A stretch of 63,705 nt of DNA, the filler included, from Octopus bimaculoides (lineage: Eukaryota), in assembly GCF_001194135.2 (NCBI RefSeq). It is 4 parts of 4 records of this genome, joined end to end, with 100 filler letters (N's around TTAATTAATTAA, not from the genome) between each part and the next. Parts side by side here need not be neighbours in the genome. Positions count along the whole stretch, not along the records: positions 44,983 to 60,103 come from NC_068983.1; positions 60,204 to 63,705 come from NW_026305254.1; 2 more parts are not named here. One strand, written 5' to 3'. Below are positions 50,450 to 62,949 of the stretch, piece after piece (the stretch's first letter is position 1; every line of letters starts with the position of its first letter). A model generated the notes under the pieces. It made no database searches. It was not told the DNA's origin and saw only the letters and a program-made list of their open reading frames with translations. A program made the position numbers and the translations under genes.

Positions 50450-51373
50450 ATACTAAATTTATCCACTAATAAATTATCTAAAGAAGAAATTACGCTCCTG
50501 AAAAATGGATTGACATTTACACCCACTCCAAAACCCAACCAAGCTGAACCCATAAAAGACAGAAAAATATTGCCGAAAATTACGATTGAGAAAATATTTT
50601 CTAAATACTGGGTGCACAGACGATTCACTGGTTAAAAACAGAACAGGTTTCAGACGCCCCTTAAATAGAGACAAAACCTTTGAAGTATAAATTAGTTACC
50701 TACGATAAGCAACTCAACCTATTATGGCGGAGATAAAATGTAAATTGAACATATCTAAAGATCAATTGCAAGCATTAAAAAAAATTACAAAAGGCTTCAT
50801 CGATAAGTTTCAAAGAAGCTGACAAATAGTTATCACGGACAAGAACTATTACAGATATGGTTATAGAACAACTTAATGAACAACACTTCTACAAGAAGCT
50901 AGACCAAAACGAGGATAAAAATGCCATGAGCGAGATACATAGACTGGTCTCAAAATATCGTAATAACCTAACTGAAATGAAGTTAATTATGTAACCAAAT
51001 TTAAAGTAAAAACCAGTAACTTCTATGGATTACCCATGTTCCACAAATCAAGAGATCCAAGACAACATAAACGTAAACAATTCCACATATGTCGAAATAT
51101 CGAAACCCAGAGACATGAAACTACACCCAATCATTGCATGACCATCATCCAGTACACAACGCCTAAACAACTAAATAGATATGGTTCCAAGACCTTTATG
51201 CAAAACGATACAAAGCTTTCTCTAGGACGGTATGGACTTTTTAAATTGCATACCTAAACATTGTCAACCAAGAGAGCATTCTTATTAGTTTCGATATAAC
51301 TAGTCTATACACCAATATCTCACACTACCTAGGAAGTGAAGCTATAAATTTCTGGTTAACAAAGCACCTGAAT
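50450..51373 (+). mobile_element. Decayed Penelope-like reverse transcriptase
   Basis: ILNLSTNKLSKEEITLLKNGLTFTPTP; KEADK; SNFYGLPMFHKS; LHPIIA; SFDITSLYTNI; multiple frameshifts. Confidence 0.85.
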
Positions 51374-51384
51374 CATAGACTTAT

Positions 51385-51590
51385 ATACTATATTGTGACC
51401 AAAGTTGAGGTGTGATCAAGCTAACAGATTGTGACTACGCTGAATGCACGAATCATTTCGTCAACACGATGACGATTTTCAGTGATCGCATTTGATGAAC
51501 CTCCACAGCATGGTTTTACTTCAATACTGGTTTCTTCTTCAAATTTATTCATCGACTTGGGAAAGTGCCATTGTCGTTGGCTTCATCTCT
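51385..51590 (-). mobile_element. Highly decayed mariner N-terminal fragment
   Basis: NKFEEETSIEVKPCCGGSSNAITENRHRVDEMIR resembles mariner F..GxxSxED.PRxGxP..AxT.EN...V..MIR. Confidence 0.38.
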
Positions 51591-53607
51591 GCAAAATCCA
51601 TTAGCCGTCAGTAGAAAATTGTTTTCTGATAGACCAATACCTTCTGAAATATTTACGCTTCGGAAATGAAGACTATGACGACATCAAGGAATGCAACAAA
51701 TTCGAAGTAGGCCTGATCCTCGGAATCACTTTTGCTTTAATTACTTGAAGATTTATAAATATCGAGAATTTTTGCATACAAGATCCGTATTAATCAGAAT
51801 AAACATTTCACAAGAGGTGCACATATGACTATTTTACGTAAATCGTAAAACAAAATGCACAGATTTTTCATTGGACGAATGCAACTGCTAACGAATGCAG
51901 CTACCAGTGATATTGTTGGTTAGTAAAATTTAGAATATATTTCACGTACAATTGCTGTAAAGTATTCGTTATATAAGTGGCTTTGTTGCTAATCTCATAG
52001 CATTTCGTGACAGATTCGCACTTTATTTTTGCTTTTAGCTTTTAATATTTCCTGTAACTTTTTGTCCATTCCCTTCGCAGCTGTTTCCAACGTCAACTAA
52101 ATATATATTTTTATGATGATTCCACGATGTAGCTCTTTGTACTAGTTTCCATTTAAAATGTGCAATTAATCGACTGATATGCTGTAAGATGCAAGATGGT
52201 GTATCATAGATAGTAGTATTTCTAAAGATGTTCTTGTCATATTTTTAGAACTGAGCGTAATTTTAATTATTCATATGACACATCAATGATATTCTTTTCT
52301 AACATTCTATCAATTTGCTTCTTTTTTTACTTTATCTAGTTCTATTCTCTCATTAATTCCTTTCTCTTACTCTTCTTTTATTTAACTTTTTAGCTGTAAT
52401 ACTGAATTCGTGGATTTAACCTGTACATATATACAGTTTAGAATTTAAGAAAAAGTCATGCTTCAAGTTAATTTCCCTACAGAATTTATGAACCGAATAT
52501 TTCCATTTGTTATGGCAGCTAGAAAATGCTGTTTACAACTCTATGAATGTTTTGTAGCTCTTGTGACTATACTTAGTACAGTTGGATTTATTTTAAAGTT
52601 AGAGTCTGTTAGATATTTTTCCAATACTCTTTTGCATATACTCTTTTTTCTATGTTAGCACACACGTGCGCTTATATTTATCGTTGCGGCAATATTATCA
52701 TGAAATTAATCTTTGAGTAGTCTTTTCTTGTTACGTAGAAATACCTTCATTCGATTTTATTATTTATTTCAACATTTAGATTACGTTCCTGTTCTAAATT
52801 TACGTATTTCTACATTTACATATTTCCTTATCATCACGCATGTATATATATATATATATANNNNNNNNNNNNNNNNNNNNNNNNNNNGTATATATGTATA
52901 TATATATGCTACCGGTTATCTGTTTCGGTCTTTCTTAAAACACAATCAATAAGTATGCTCATCTTTGTTTTTAGAATTTTCTTATTCATTTTCTTCAGTT
53001 TATTTTACTGAGTGTATTTTATGTATTTAAATTTAAATGTTTAATGCATTTATTTTCACTTTTCCTCTTTCTATGTCGAATGTATTTCTTTCCCCGTTTA
53101 TTCAACCTTTAATAGTTTTAATATTATCTTGTCTGCTAGTGCAGTAGAAGCCAAAGTCTGATCAGGGTTATTTTCTCTTCAATAAGATTATAGGAGATTA
53201 TACAATGAGATTATAATCCTGTTATTGCAAATAACAGTTATATATAGTCTATACAATGCAAAACACATTCCTTTCAAGTGAATAGAATTCCTGCACAATT
53301 TGCGTCACTTTAGGAAGAAAGCGTACTATGTAATATATAAATGTTTAGTTCGATCAGAGTGAGATGCAACAAATTTCATGATCATTTTCACCTTTTACCC
53401 ATTCTGCTTTTAGCCATAGCTAAAAGTTCTAGTTTTCATTTCATTTATTTGTAAATGTTTTATAGTTTTGGTCTCATCCCAGCTCAACGAATAATTTCCA
53501 GCCTTAACAAGTGTGAATTGAGGAAAGATATTCTACCATTTCTGGTATCTCGAGCCACATCCCGCCACACATACACATACACACACGCGCGCACACACAC
53601 ACGGACG

Positions 53608-53693
<86 letters not shown>

Positions 53694-54120
53694 CATACTA
53701 CGTATACATAGAGGCATGACAGACATGCACACAATTATACGCGCGCACATACACACATACACGCACACTTATATACATATAGTGTAAATATTGAGTTGAC
53801 TTGTGCTATAATTTGCATTCACTGAGCCAACGTTAGTATTATGTAACTGCTATTATTGAAAGAGCAATAACATTCAGAAACTAGGTTAATGCATTACTTA
53901 CACTAACATCCAGTAGAATAGGCTGTCTGTGGATTTTGCTTTACTTCATTATTATTTCATCGATGTTAATGGATGTTATTCAGTTTTGGTTTTGTTCTTT
54001 GTCTTTAAAGTATCGATATCGATATTGGCTCTGTTCAACCCGATGCCACTCTGTACTGTATGGGTTATTTAATATTATTCTTTCAACAGAATTATTTCTA
54101 CTGATTGCATTCCAATTATC

Positions 54121-54126
54121 ATTATT

Positions 54127-54161
<35 letters not shown>

Positions 54162-54183
54162 ATTATTATTATTATTATTATTG

Positions 54184-54238
<55 letters not shown>

Positions 54239-54246
54239 CATCATCA

Positions 54247-54295
<49 letters not shown>

Positions 54296-55157
54296 CATCA
54301 TTATTATTATTGTCGTTGTCNNNNNNNNNNNNNNNNNNNNNNNNNNNNNNNNNNNNNNNNNNNNNNNNNNNNNNNNNNNNNNNNNNNNNNNNNNNNNNNN
54401 NNNNNNNNNNNNNNNNNNNNNNNNNNNNNNNNNNNNNNNNNNNNNNNNNNNNNNNNNNNNNNNNNNNNNNNNNNNNNNNNNNNNNNNNNNNNNNNNNNNN
54501 NNNNNNNNNNNNNNNNNNNNNNNNNNNNNNNNNNNNNNNNNNNNNNNNNNNNNNNNNNNNNNNNNNNNNNNNNNNNNNNNNNNNNNNNNNNNNNNNNNNN
54601 NNNNNNNNNNNNNNNNNNNNNNNNNNNNNNNNNNNNNNNNNNNNNNNNNNNNNNNNNNNNNNNNNNNNNNNNNNNNNNNNNNNNNNNNNNNNNNNNNNNN
54701 NNNNNNNNNNNNNNNNNNNNNNNNNNNNNNNNNNNNNNNNNNNNNNNNNNNNNNNNNNNNNNNNNNNNNNNNNNNNNNNNNNNNNNNNNNNNNNNNNNNN
54801 NNNNNNNNNNNNNNNNNNNNNNNNNNNNNNNNNNNNNNNNNNNNNNNNNNNNNNNNNNNNNNNNNNNNNNNNNNNNNNNNNNNNNNNNNNNNNNNNNNNN
54901 NNNNNNNNNNNNNNNNNNNNNNNNNNNNNNNNNNNNNNNNNNNNNNNNNNNNNNNNNNNNNNNNNNNNNNNNNNNNNNNNNNNNNNNNNNNNNNNNNNNN
55001 NNNNNNNNNNNNNNNNNNNNNNNNNNNNNNNNNNNNNNNNNNNNNNNNNNNNNNNNNNNNNNNNNNNNNNNNNNNNNNNNNNNNNNNNNNNNNNNNNNNN
55101 NNNNNNNNNNNNNNNNNNNNNNNNNNNNNNNNNNNNNNNNNNNNNNNNNNNNNNNNN

Positions 55158-55192
<35 letters not shown>

Positions 55193-55194
55193 CA

Positions 55195-55258
<64 letters not shown>

Positions 55259-55275
55259 CATCATCATTATTATTA

Positions 55276-55345
<70 letters not shown>

Positions 55346-55405
55346 CATCATTATTATTATTGTCGTTGTCATCGTCGTCGTCATTGTTGTTCTTGTTGTT
55401 GTTCT
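54121..55405. repeat. Large (TTA/TCA/TTG)n trinucleotide array spanning an assembly gap
   Basis: Read directly from the sequence. Confidence 0.95.
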
Positions 55406-55469
55406 TGGTAAGACCGTGATCAAGCAGAACCTTTAGCGTTTTCAATTGCTTGTACAATGCTTTATCTGT

Positions 55470-55850
55470 GAAATTTTTCTTCCAACACAAAGCTGACCTT
55501 CTAACTTCTAATAATAGCGCTTCTGTTCCATTTTTTACTTACCATGCTATGTTGTTTTCTTCTGCTCTAATGCTATGTTCGCATCCAATAAGTCGTCTTT
55601 CCCCTCTTTTTCCTGTTACATACAGTTTGTCTGTGTCACTTTTTGGGTGGAGTGTCCCACATCTAGTTAGCAACTTCATTCTCCTTCTGTTTAAATTCTT
55701 TAGTTCATCTACTGTCTATGCTATTACCTTCCTTAAAATGTTCTGTCATTTCTTTCTCTTTCAATTTATCCATTTCCAAAATCCCCAAGTACTTAGAGCC
55801 CGTCTCTTCTATCTGCTTCATAATTTCCCCCGACGGTGTCGATATCCCGG
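55470..55850 (-). mobile_element. R4/Dong-type RT C-terminal fragment
   Basis: SKYLGILEMDKLKEKEM...LHPKSDTDKLYV..KRG..LIGCEHSIRAEENNIAW*VKN. Confidence 0.72.
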
Positions 55851-56019
55851 TATCGATATGTTCGTTTGTCTATCCAGTTGGAGAATGCAGTAATGTTTTT
55901 GCAATGAAAGGGAGCTTTACATTGTCGAATATTCAGGTATAAAGGAAAGGATAGGTATACACAAAAGTTGTAGCATTTTTTTTATTATTATTGTTATTTT
56001 TATTATTATTATTATTATT

Positions 56020-56406
56020 GTTCAGTAGTTTTATTTTTATAATGTGCTTTCACTTCACTACCGAGCGCAGCTCTGTGCGCCTTGGGTATGTGCTGTGGTT
56101 TGCTGTGGTGCTCTTATGTTTACTGTATTGAAAGTGTTTTGCGTAGAATGTGTGCAGTACTCAGTAGTGCAATTTTCTGTATGTTGTATATATTTGTAAG
56201 TCCTGGTGTTTTTGTTATGTATTTGTCTGAATATTTTTTATTATACCTAAGGCACCTACTATGATAGGAATTGTTTCTGTTTTTAGATTCCACATTCAAG
56301 TTATCTCTATTTCCAGGTCTTTGTATTTTGAAAGTTTTTCCATTTCTTTTAGAGAAACGTTGTCATCTGCTGGTATTGATACATCAATTAGAAAGCATTT
56401 TTTCTC

Positions 56407-56409
<3 letters not shown>
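56020..56409 (-). mobile_element. R4/Dong-type LINE 3' end with UTR and (TAA)n tail
   Basis: EKKCFLIDVSIPADDNVSLKEMEKLSKYKDLEIEI..IPIIVGALGIIKK..HILRKTLSIQ*. Confidence 0.88.
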
Positions 56410-56442
<33 letters not shown>

Positions 56443-56488
56443 TATCATTATGACTATTATTATCATTATTATTATTATTATTATTATT

Positions 56489-57688
56489 CCTTCGTAACTG
56501 TAGGTAAAATGCACCGTAGTCTTTAATCACCTGTCAAGTCACAACAAGGACCTCAGACAGATAATACTGTGCTCAATAATCTTGCATGGGATTTCCAGTT
56601 GCCTTAGGAAGTTTTGAAGTTTAAGTGGGATAGAGCCCAACGCTCTGATCACCACTGGTATCACCTTTACATTACCCTCTCGCAATCCATACAGTCTTGC
56701 CATTTCCACTTTCAATTGGGAGTACTTGGTGAATTTTTCAACCTTTTTACTCGCAACATTAATGTCATTTGGTATGGCTACATCAATGATCTGACACTAT
56801 CTGTCTCTCTTATTCAGTATGACGATATCCGGCCGACGGTGTTCGATTACACGATCCGTCTGAAAATAATAGTCCCAGAGTATCGTTACTTTTCCATCCT
56901 CCTGCATAAATTTACCTGGTGCATGCTCATATCAGTTCTCTTTTATTCCATATTGGTATTTCCGGCATAAGACCCAATGAAGATACACACACACTTTATC
57001 GAGGCGGCGCTTATATTCTCTATGTGCAAGGCTCTCACATCCACTTACCAAGTGGGTCATATATTCCACACTCTGGGTGTCAGAAACTTTATAGCTGTTA
57101 TACTTCACTGAATTGGTAGGAAGAGCCTGGTCTTGTGCAGCAATGATCAAGCTTTCGGTGGTACGCTTCAAATCATATCGCTCAAGCCATTCGCACGATG
57201 CTGAATTATCCGTAATGTCCTGTGTATTCCTTTCAAACTGTCCATGCATTCTCATTTCAAGAAGGTTTCCTTTTCTCTTCTGCTCAGCTCATAGGTTAAA
57301 CTCTTCCTTGCCCATCATTTCATTTGGATTTGCACCCATATCTTTCGCGGCATATTGCAGCAGGTCTTCATCACTTTTATCAAATGCTCAGCATGTTTTT
57401 TCAGATTTCTCAAACAAATTCACGTCGTCCATAAACCCATCTTAACTTTCCTAAGTGTCGTTGTTATGGGTATTAGTGCAATTACAAATAGTAACGGAGA
57501 AAACGAGTCACCTTGGAAGATTCCTCTTTTAATATTAACTTCTGCAAGGAATACAGTATTTGAGTACAATTTACTTTTACACTCTCTCATGTTATGCATC
57601 AGAAAATGTTTGATGTTGTTTGCATCACCAAACATCTTCAGGGATGCAACGATCCAGGAATGAGGCATCATATCATATGCCTTCTTAA
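56489..57688 (-). mobile_element. R4/Dong-type LINE 3' third (RT, zinc knuckle, REL endonuclease), decayed
   Basis: KAYDMMPHSWI..RGIFQGDSFSPLLF..FMDDV; MHGQF..LIIAAQDQALPTN; HLVSGC..EYKRR; HRRPDIVI..IIDVAIPND..KY. (TAA)n on both sides. Confidence 0.9.
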
Positions 57689-58603
57689 ATTATTGTTGTT
57701 ATTATTATACATTCGACAAGAAATCTTAGGATTAATTTCACAACAATTCTTGAAGACCGTAACCCAGCATGGCCGCAGTCTAATGACTAAAACCTGTGAA
57801 AAATAAATGACGCTGTCTGGTAAATTCGCAACTAATCGTCAGAAATGTATAATTGAGGAACAAACCGCAAAATGCTATAACATTATACTCTGGATATACA
57901 ACTGAATCTACTAAACGTGAACTAAATCATTTATTCTAGTCTCCTACAACAAGAATGTAAAGAACATTTATTAAATATGTGTCAGCTGTTAGCATGAACA
58001 AGAATCCATGAATATTTGTATGATTGACGCCTATTTAATGGAAGATTGAAATATTTCCGGAGGCAATGTTCTACTTTATTACTGATAGTCTATTATCTTG
58101 AAACAGACTTCCATTAAAAATCGAGGCAGCACCTGTCTAATATTGGTTTCTGTTGTCTGTAAAACTGAAAAAATAAACTGAAAAGGAAAATCAGAATAAG
58201 AAACTCTAAATTAACAGTAAATTCATGTCATGTAGCAATAAGCGATGGCTTCTAGATATCATGTATCCTACAGAAGATACACATCCATGAACACACAAAG
58301 GTATTCACAAATACGGGTGCATATATGCAAACTCATATATATATATATGTGTGTGTGTGCGTGCGTGTGTGTGTGTGTGTGTGTATTTAAATATACATAA
58401 GTTATGAAAGGTAATGGAGTCAACCAGACTCTAATAATACAGGTAATACCGAGTAAATGCTGTATACCGACTAGTTTTGCCCCAGATGTCGTTGCAACAT
58501 GAATGGGGAATATACCATGGGTCGTGTATTAGCGTGTGTATATATAAAAAAGAATGAGATACAGAGACCAATGGCATAAGTAAATTTATATTTTATGTAG
58601 AAT

Positions 58604-58652
58604 GTCTTACAGCTGTTTCAGGAAAAATTAAATGTATCCTTTCATCGGAGAC
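58604..58652 (-). ncRNA. Minimal hammerhead motif (CCGAUGA variant), related to 38794-38840
   Basis: Reverse complement gtct-CCGATGA-a agga...tcct-GAAA-cagctg-TA-agac. Confidence 0.6.
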
Positions 58653-58794
58653 GGTGATAGTAGAAGATAAGGATTATTACATGTGTATGAAGAGATTTGC
58701 AGTAAGAAATGAGAGCGATGCAAAGATGAGAAAACAAAGAAGAGAAAGTACTTGGAGTATAGTTCCATTCCAACAGTAAATATCCATGTATACA

Positions 58795-59424
58795 AGTACA
58801 AGCACCATTTTCCGTCGCCAGTAACGATTCGGTAAAGAAATCGTTGCTTGTGTCCATGAGCTGAGCAGTGACGAGCAAGCAAACCAGCGGAGATTGTGGC
58901 TCGTTGATTTTTGTTGTGGCCACTTAAAGCATGCGAACCCATGTTCCATACTTCTGAAACTCTCCCATCGAGTGAAGATGGTTCTCTATAGAAATGTGGG
59001 AGCATTCCATTTTCTCTGCTAGTTCCCTTGTCGTTTGCCGAGTATATTCATGCAAAATTTGGTTTAATCGCTCTTCATCGAACTCAACTGAACGGCCAGA
59101 ATGAGGTGCGTCTTGGAGGTCAAAATTTCCATTTTTGAACTTGGCATATTAATTACAAACATTTCTTTCGGCTATGGCACCCTCTACATACATAGCACAA
59201 ATGTCGCGAGCAGCTTTTGCGGCCTTAGAACCTTGATTAAAAGCAAAATGAAGGAGGTGTCGAAAATGCTCATATTCTTAACTTGACATTCCATTTTAAT
59301 GATCTGAAAATAAACAAAAACTAACTAAAATTAACTAGAAAACTATACAAAATAGATTTCAAATTTAAAAACGCCATAAACTCCAAAATGTAAAAAACCG
59401 GTTGTAACTTAGTTGCCAACCCAA
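58795..59424 (-). mobile_element. Mariner element 5' half with left TIR (decayed)
   Basis: TIR ttgggttggcaactaagtt.. next to TA; ATG at 59294: MECQVK..EHFRHLL..DAPHSGRSVEFDEERL..TTRELAEKM..FLYRIVTGDGKWCLY. Confidence 0.9.
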
Positions 59425-59604
59425 TATATATATATATATATATAAATATGCAAATATATATATGTATANNNNNNNNNNNNNNNNNNNNNNNNNNNNNNNN
59501 NNNNNNNNNNNNNNNNNNNNNNNNNNNNNNNNNNNNNNNNNNNNNNNNNNNNNNNNNNNNNNNNNNNNNNNNNNNNNNNNNNNNNNNNNNTATATATATA
59601 TATA

Positions 59605-60100
59605 TATCATTAATAATATCAGGGAAATAAGAAATATTAAAAATTTGTGCTACCAGCAGTCTAACATTTAGTCAATAGACTATATATTGTTCATATAAAT
59701 ACAGTGTACATTTAGACACATATGCATCATAGTATTCCTTGTACTCTCGAAGTCTCGAAGGAACAGCTAAAATCAAACCACTGTTAGGGATAAATTTCGA
59801 AGAGAATGAAAAATAAGAAATTTTATCATGATTTCAGACATTTTTTAGCAAAAAAGATAAATTAGTAGGCGAAGTCTCCGTCAGCAGGAACACCTAGATT
59901 AATCTAGGTGTACCTGCTGACGAAGACTTTGCCTAGCAAATGTCTGAAACCATGGTCCAGGAGAAAGATGGCAAATGCTTTTATTTTTCATTCCCTTCGA
60001 AATTTATCCCTAATAGTGGTTTGATTTTCGCTGTTCCTTTTAGAGTGCAAAGAATCCTGTAATTGATACCTCTTATGTGTCTAAATGTACACTCACGTTA
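59605..60100. mobile_element. Head-to-head inverted pair of Penelope-type terminal repeats
   Basis: Imperfect palindrome centred on ctagattaatctag (~59900); both arms contain the same repeat and a hammerhead motif. Confidence 0.8.
59913..59961 (+). ncRNA. Canonical minimal type I hammerhead ribozyme
   Basis: cctg-CTGACGA-agac tttgc cta gcaaa t gtct-GAAA-ccatgg-TC-cagg. All core nucleotides are present, stem I is 4 bp, stem III is palindromic, and the cleavage triplet is GUC. Confidence 0.78.
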
Positions 60101-60334
60101 TATNNNNNNNNNNNNNNNNNNNNNNNNNNNNNNNNNNNNNNNNNNNNTTAATTAATTAANNNNNNNNNNNNNNNNNNNNNNNNNNNNNNNNNNNNNNNNN
60201 NNNCTTACCTTCACCAAAATAATGAAATATTTCAGTCTAGTTGTTGACATGAGAATGTTGAACACTAGATTCAACCAGTTTCATAAGTGAGTCACACAAG
60301 CATTTGCATAAAATCTGTCCCAGGCATCCAACAG

Positions 60335-60489
60335 AGACAGCTGCGTATTCAGAAAGTTTGCTTCTGAACGACAAGGCTTCCAGGTCGTACCCCACTGCAT
60401 GACATTCAAGGTGTATGTCATCTACAATAATCCTGGGTCAACAAAAGCCTTGTGAGTGACTTTCAAAGATGGAAACTGAAAGAATCCTG

Positions 60490-60529
<40 letters not shown>

Positions 60530-60639
60530 TATTTAGGTTAAGTAACAGAGTGACTCAAGGTCAGAGAGTTTTGTGTGTTGGCATTTATAAAACTCTCAGG
60601 CCTTGAGTCGCTCTCTTGCTTCATTAAAATATACATGTA

Positions 60640-60682
<43 letters not shown>

Positions 60683-60838
60683 CTTCTTTCAGTTTCTGTC
60701 TACCAAATCCACTCACAAGGCTTTAGTCGGCCCGAGGCTATAGTAGAAGACACTTGCCCAAGGTGCCACACAGTGGGACTGAACTTGGGACCATGTGGTT
60801 GGGAAGCAAGCTACTTACCACACAGCCACTCTTGTGCC
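60335..60838. mobile_element. Two inverted SINE A heads (+ 60335-60492; - 60677-60838) around (TA)n, CpG-decayed
   Basis: Family motifs gccttgtgagtg..gatggaaactgaaaga and their reverse complement. Confidence 0.75.
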
Positions 60839-60851
60839 TATATCATTATCG

Positions 60852-61212
60852 TCATCATCGTTTAACATCCGCTTTCCATGCTGGCATGGGGGGGATGGTC
60901 TGATAGGTCTGGAGAGCCAGCGGCTGCACCAGGCTCCAATCTAATCTGGCAGAGTTTCTACAGCTGGATGCCCTTCCAAACACCAGCCACTCCAAGAGTG
61001 TAGTGGGAGCTTTTTATATGCCACTGGCACAGGAGCCAGTCAGGTGGGCCTGGCATCGATCACATTGGGATAGTACTTTTTATGTGCCACCAGCACGAGG
61101 GCCAGTCAGGAAATACTGGTATCTGCCATGTTCAGATGTTGCTTTTTACGTGCCACCAGTCAAACCTTCCAACCCATGCCAGCATGGAAAACGGACACTA
61201 AATGATGATGAT
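60852..61212. mobile_element. Back-to-back RTE 3' ends (- 60852-~61160; + ~61160-61212)
   Basis: (CAT)n on the left, (GAT)n on the right, no gap between them. Confidence 0.75.
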
Positions 61213-61309
61213 ATAGCATATGTTGTGTAGTGTGATTTGAGGGAGATTTGGCTGCTATTTCTAACAGGTTGAGAATTTTCCCCACAGTCTCAATTTTTTT
61301 TTTACTCAA

Positions 61310-62420
61310 TAAGACACACAGCTATTGTTGCTGTTGATGTGGTTTGATCAAGTTATAATCATAGGCATTCCAGTAATGACCATCCTGTTGGTATTTTATC
61401 GTTTTCCCACAAATGTTTAATGACAACATCGTCCAATTTGTGGTTTGAGGAAGATTTGGTTGTTATTTCCAACAGATCTGGCAACCATGTATGGGTTCCT
61501 ACTTTGGTACGACAACAAAAAAGATAGTTATTGTTTAGCCCCAGGCCAGTCCTGATCCCGACAGACCTATGATCAAAGATGTCCCAACTGTGACCATCCC
61601 ATCTTTTATTCAGGCATAGTGTATCTAGGACTACATTATCTAATGTACAGTAAAGTACAGAAGTTAATATAAGTGGCCAGAATTGTTGTTTAGCCCAAGG
61701 TCAGTCCCGATCCAGTAGAGGGACTTATGATCAAAGATGTTCCAGCCATGACCATCCCATCTTTTATTCAGGCATAGTGTATCAAGGACTACAATATCTA
61801 ATGTATAGTATAGTAGTTAATATTGGTGGCTAGAGTTGTTGGTGTTTAACCGTAGGTCAGCTTAGATCCAGTAAATCTATGACGATCGGTATTCCAGCCG
61901 TGACCATCCCACCTTTTGTTGTGGAATACCATATCGAAGACTACATTATCGAATGTGCAGTGTGTTGTTGTAATTTAAGTCGAGGGTAGCCCAGATCCAG
62001 TAGACATGGAATCGATGCCTTCCAGCTGTTACCATCCCGTCTTTCATTGTGGCATTGCATATCTAGGACAACATCCTCTAATGTATGCCGCCTTTGTTTC
62101 TTGCTTTTGTTTTTTTTTTTGCTTTGTTTTCGTAAGATTGTTACGTGCGATTCGAAAGATATTTATCTGTTATTTATGGCATATCGAGAACAACGGATGA
62201 AAACCGGAAAGCCAAGGGAAATCCAAGTCGCTTGAATTAATGATCAAAGGCGTTCCAGATATGCCCACCTTGCCTTCTGACGAACTAGAGGATGTTTATT
62301 CAGACGTCTCTTTTTTGATTATTTAAAAAGAAATATATATATAAAAAAAAAAAAATGAATGGTTTTGATCGGAATGCGATTTTGGCTGTTATTTCTAGCA
62401 GATCGGACAAAGAAGTGACG
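61310..62420 (-). repeat. Head-to-tail cluster of ~130-155 bp units of a dispersed short retroposon-like family
   Basis: Units begin ttgttgttta(g/a)cc..ggtcag and contain atgatcaaag..ttccagcc.tgaccatccc..ggactacattatc.aatgt. A dispersed copy lies at about 29080-29270. Confidence 0.75.
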
Positions 62421-62949
62421 AAGAAGAGTAAATTACGGAGTAAAAGTGGAATTGGTGGAGAAGGGAAACAACGGAGGGGATTAAATATTAATTTTGACAC
62501 ATAAAAATATTTCGATAAACGGGAATCAAGGAAAACAAATAAGAAAAACTGATGAAAAATCATTAAAAAAAAGAGGAATTATTTCGTTGAGGTGAGACAA
62601 CGTTTGGGAGAAGAAATAACGGAATCTATTGAAATCGAGGAACTTACTTTGTGCCACAACCGTTTTACTGTCTCCGACTAAGTGGAGGATGAGGGTTAGA
62701 AAGTGAAACATTGCCCGGCTGCTGTCCATGAGAAGGTTTTTCAAAAGATTTCGTTCGGTTTTCCTCAAAAAATCACAAAAATTTGTTCAGGGAAGCCATG
62801 TCAAGGAAAGATAACTCAGTTGCTGCTTGCTGTGGATGCTGTTTAACCCTAGGTCATACCTGAATGAGATTGAGTCGGCTTTTGATCAAAATTTGACCAG
62901 ATTTTATTTCATCAACACCAGAAAAACCAAGATTTAATTTTTTTTCCAT

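Noticed and set aside
53936-55490. Long poly-Y/N/I/L ORFs and all X-filled ORFs in the track
   Set aside because: Produced by trinucleotide microsatellites and N runs; no coding evidence.
61531-62090. CRISPR-like repeat-spacer array
   Set aside because: Units are ~150-bp diverged repeats without unique spacers, there are no cas genes, and the context is eukaryotic.
62150-62780. CpG-richer patch as a coding exon or promoter
   Set aside because: Frames are short and unrecognised and no specific motif was found; it could be a promoter but the sequence alone does not support this.
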